64,000 bases of DNA from Candidatus Marinacidobacterales bacterium (GTDB taxonomy: Bacteria; Acidobacteriota; Vicinamibacteria; Marinacidobacterales; SMYC01), in assembly GCA_965224085.1 (NCBI GenBank), contig CBDCYI010000005.1, positions 1,120,001-1,184,000 on the forward strand. The letters run 5' to 3'. Made by a program: the position numbers and the translations under genes. The notes under the pieces were generated by a model. The model was given only the letters and a program-made list of their open reading frames with translations. It was not told the DNA's origin and did no database searches. Positions 60,839 to 64,000 of this stretch are shown piece by piece. Every line of letters starts with the position of its first letter. Within the stretch, counting starts at the first letter, position 1.

Positions 60839-63058
60839 ATGGCTCGACAACTCGTCTTTATAATGGCGCTCGCGATCGTCGCCGCCGATTGCTCCCGTGC
60901 TCAAGACCGCCCACAAGGAACTAACCGGCTCTATCACGAAACGAGCCCCTACCTTCAGCTCCACGCGCAAAACCCCGTGGACTGGTATCCCTGGGGCGAA
61001 GAAGCCATCGAGCTCGCCCGGGAGCTCGATCGGCCCATCTTTCTCTCCGTCGGCTATACCACCTGCTACTGGTGTCATCGCATGGAGGAGGACGTTTTCG
61101 AGAACGAAGAGATCGCGGCCCTGATGAACGCGCACTTCATTAACATCAAAGTGGACCGCGAAGAAAGGCCGGACCTCGACGAAATCTACATGACCGCAAC
61201 GCAGCTGATCACCCGGCGCGGAGGCTGGCCGAACTCGCTCTTCCTCACGCCCGAGCTCGAGCCCTTCTTTGCGGGTACTTATTTCCCACCCGAAGACCGC
61301 GGGCAAACGCTGGGGTTTCCAACTATCCTCAACAGAGTCCACGATTTGTGGACGAACGATCGCGAGCGGCTCGAAACGAGCGCGAAACGCATCGCCGGCG
61401 CGATGGAGGGCATGATCGCCTCCCGCGACGCACCGTCGGCCGATGTACCGGCGGCCGACGGCGTCGCACTCGCCGTGGACTCTCTAAAGCAGAGCTTCGA
61501 CGAAGAGTGGGGGGGCTTTGGCCCTGCGCCAAAATTTCCCTCTCCCGCGAACTTGTTTCTTTTGCACGCGCGCGCCCTCGAGGGAGACGGCGATGCCCGT
61601 CGCATCCTCGTCGCTACGCTTCGCCACATGAGCCAGGGCGCCCTATACGACCATGTCGGAGGCGGCTTCCACCGCTACGCGACCGACCGCATGTGGCGTG
61701 TGCCTCATTTCGAGAAGATGCTCTACGACAACGCGTTCCTCGCGGAGATCTTGATCGACGCCGCGCGGCTGACCGCGGACGAGGAGCTCGCCCGCTTCGC
61801 CCGCGGAACGCTCGATTTCATCCTCAAGCGCTTGACGAACGATGTCGGCGGCTTTCGATCCGCGATCGATGCCCAGACCGACGGCCATGAAGGCGCTTAC
61901 TACGTCTGGAGCCGTGAAGAGCTCGAGACCGTGTTGAGCGCGGACGAGCTCGCGCTTCTCGGGCCGATCTTTGGCTTCGAAGGAGAGCCGAATTTCGAAG
62001 GGACGCTCTATACCGTTTATTTGACGGCACCCATTCCGGAGCATGCCGCGCGTCTCGATATCTCCCGTGAGACCCTCCTGGAGCGCATGGCGCCCGCGGT
62101 CGAAAAACTCCGGCGCGCGCGACAAGAAAGAGAGTTCCCTCTCGTCGACGACAAGGTCCTCGCGGATTGGAACGGCATGATGGTAGGGGCGATGGCGAAA
62201 GGCGGCACGTTCTTCGCGGAGCCGCGCTACCTGAAGGCCGCGGAAAAAGCCGCCGCATTCTTGCTCGATGAGCTCGAAAGCGACGAGGGCCTACTCCACC
62301 ACGCGTGGCGCAACGGTGAGAGCAAAGTCGATGCCTTTCTCGATGACTATGCGTTCCTGATGCGCGGCCTCGTAACGCTCTATCGAGAAAGCGAAAACGC
62401 GCGATGGCTCGAGGCATCGGTTAAGCTCGCCGAGGAGCTCGAATTAAGGCTGCGCGATCCCGACGGCGGTTATTTTCAAACCACCGAGAATCCGCTCAAT
62501 CTGTTCCAATCGAAAGGCGCCATGGACGGGGCCATCCCATCCGGAAACGGCACCGCCGTGCAAGCCCTTCTCGATCTCGGTGAGCTGACAGGAAAGGCCA
62601 AGTATACGGAGCGCGCCGAGGCCGCGCTTCGCGCTTTTTCAGCGGAATATTCGAAATACCCGTCCGCAACCAAGACGCTCGCTTTATCCGTCGCGCGCTA
62701 CCACCGCGCGGACGATCCCGCCTCGCTCGCGCACACGTTGGTTACGGCACGTCTCGAAAGGACGGGCGACAAGTTCGAAGTGCATCTCCAGATCCGCGAG
62801 GGCTGGCACGTGAACGCCAACCCCGCATCCTCGCCTTACTTGATCCCCACGGAAGTCCGTGGGGACGTGAGCAACGTCGTCTATCCCGATGGCGAGCATC
62901 TCGAGCTCTCCTTCACCGACGACGCTATCGCGGTGTATAGCGGCGCGGTCAAGCTGAGCGGCGAGTCATCCGGCAACAAGGTCGTCCTCGTGTACCAGGC
63001 TTGTGACGACACGCGATGCCTCTCGCCGGTCGAGAAGACTATGGAGGCCCTGCCGTGA
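60839..63058 (+). CDS. DUF255/YyaL-type thioredoxin-domain protein with signal peptide and a C-terminal DsbD-N-like domain
   Basis: NRL...SPYL...[30 protein letters not shown]...YQACDDTRC. Confidence 0.85.
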   Translation: MARQLVFIMALAIVAADCSRAQDRPQGTNRLYHETSPYLQLHAQNPVDWYPWGEEAIELARELDRPIFLSVGYTTCYWCHRMEEDVFENEEIAALMNAHFINIKVDREERPDLDEIYMTATQLITRRGGWPNSLFLTPELEPFFAGTYFPPEDRGQTLGFPTILNRVHDLWTNDRERLETSAKRIAGAMEGMIASRDAPSADVPAADGVALAVDSLKQSFDEEWGGFGPAPKFPSPANLFLLHARALEGDGDARRILVATLRHMSQGALYDHVGGGFHRYATDRMWRVPHFEKMLYDNAFLAEILIDAARLTADEELARFARGTLDFILKRLTNDVGGFRSAIDAQTDGHEGAYYVWSREELETVLSADELALLGPIFGFEGEPNFEGTLYTVYLTAPIPEHAARLDISRETLLERMAPAVEKLRRARQEREFPLVDDKVLADWNGMMVGAMAKGGTFFAEPRYLKAAEKAAAFLLDELESDEGLLHHAWRNGESKVDAFLDDYAFLMRGLVTLYRESENARWLEASVKLAEELELRLRDPDGGYFQTTENPLNLFQSKGAMDGAIPSGNGTAVQALLDLGELTGKAKYTERAEAALRAFSAEYSKYPSATKTLALSVARYHRADDPASLAHTLVTARLERTGDKFEVHLQIREGWHVNANPASSPYLIPTEVRGDVSNVVYPDGEHLELSFTDDAIAVYSGAVKLSGESSGNKVVLVYQACDDTRCLSPVEKTMEALP

Positions 63059-64000
63059 GAATGTTCCTGCGCGTCATTCCAGTCTGGCTAGTCTGGCTCG
63101 TCGGACTCGCCGGCCACGTTGGGGCCCCGAGCCTTCACGCGTCCGACAAAGCCGCGGCACTCGTCGAGGCTGAGCTCGCCAAAGACGGCGTCGGCGGGAT
63201 CAGTCTCGGCATCGTCCAAGGCGACGAGCTCGTCTACGAGGCCGCCTTCGGCTACGCGGACATGGAGAAAAAGATCAAAGCGACGCCGCAACACGTCTAT
63301 CGCATCGGCTCGGTAACAAAGCAATTCACGGGATTGGCGCTCTTGAAGATGTCCCATGACGGAACCGTTCACGTGAGCGATCCGGTTGAGAAACATTTTC
63401 CCGAAGTGAAGCGCGTGCGTGATCGCGACCCAGGGGCGCCGCCGATAACGCTGCTGCAGCTCGCGACGATGACGTCGGGGCTCGCGCGCGAGCCGGAAGA
63501 TCTGCCGACCTATCTCGTCGGGCCCGCCTCCGAGTGGGTCGACGTCGTCATGCGTGCGCTCCCCGCTGTGAAGTATGACTTCGCCCCCGATACGCGCTAC
63601 CAGTACTCGAATATCGGCTATGCGATTCTCGGCGCCGCGCTCGAGAGCGCGTCGGGCCGCGACTACATGGACTATGTGCGCGAGGAATGGCTCGAACCGC
63701 TCGGGATGAAAGACACCGACTTCGTGCCAAGGCCCCATTTCGAAGCGCGCATCGCGAAAGGCTATGCGGTTCGCGACGGTGAAGTCGACGCCGAAACGCC
63801 GGCCCGAGAGCACGCGGGCCGCGGCTACAAAGTACCGAACGGCGCGCTCTACTCCACCGTCGGCGATCTCGCCCGCTTCCTTTCCTTCCAGCTCGGGCAT
63901 GGTCCGAAGAATGTCCTTCCGAGCGACGTGCTCGCGGACAACTTCAGCCGTGTGAGCTCCGCGGATGGCGGTCTCAGCGCGGGCTACGGTATCGGCTTCC
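63055..64000 (+). CDS. Serine hydrolase, beta-lactamase family (runs off the window end)
   Basis: Signal peptide, IGSVTK (SxxK), YSN. Confidence 0.85.
   Translation, partial: MRMFLRVIPVWLVWLVGLAGHVGAPSLHASDKAAALVEAELAKDGVGGISLGIVQGDELVYEAAFGYADMEKKIKATPQHVYRIGSVTKQFTGLALLKMSHDGTVHVSDPVEKHFPEVKRVRDRDPGAPPITLLQLATMTSGLAREPEDLPTYLVGPASEWVDVVMRALPAVKYDFAPDTRYQYSNIGYAILGAALESASGRDYMDYVREEWLEPLGMKDTDFVPRPHFEARIAKGYAVRDGEVDAETPAREHAGRGYKVPNGALYSTVGDLARFLSFQLGHGPKNVLPSDVLADNFSRVSSADGGLSAGYGIGF

Overview
GC-rich bacterial window. Gene content and style suggest Acidobacteriota, possibly Vicinamibacteria (inference). It is probably a long-read assembly, because several genes carry single-base indels, mostly in homopolymers. 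Housekeeping content: cysS, ribF, an rsbU/rsbW/rsbV-like module, korAB, pdxR-pdxST, pyrK-pyrD-pyrF, a pal-like gene, HU and tRNAs Gly/Cys/Leu. Accessory content: a patchwork of gene fragments beside tRNA-Leu (2-8 kb), IS1595 and IS1634 remnants (19-22 kb), and an intact IS1111-type IS110 element splitting a TPR-(pseudo)kinase gene. Highlights missed by the ORF track: (i) a stand-alone MerB-like lyase with both catalytic Cys positions encoded by in-frame TGA, each followed by a hairpin exactly 11 nt downstream (a candidate double selenoprotein); (ii) a UGSC selenoprotein with the same SECIS geometry; (iii) an IS110 right end carrying two identical tandem copies of a bridge/seek-RNA-like sequence whose guide segments match the flanking target and the circle junction, plus a triplicated 46-bp end; (iv) an NTT-HEAT/cNMP/phosphoesterase operon, an MglA-GAF-pseudo-histidine-kinase fusion, a CIRCE-preceded pair of hypothetical genes, and several apparently leaderless genes.
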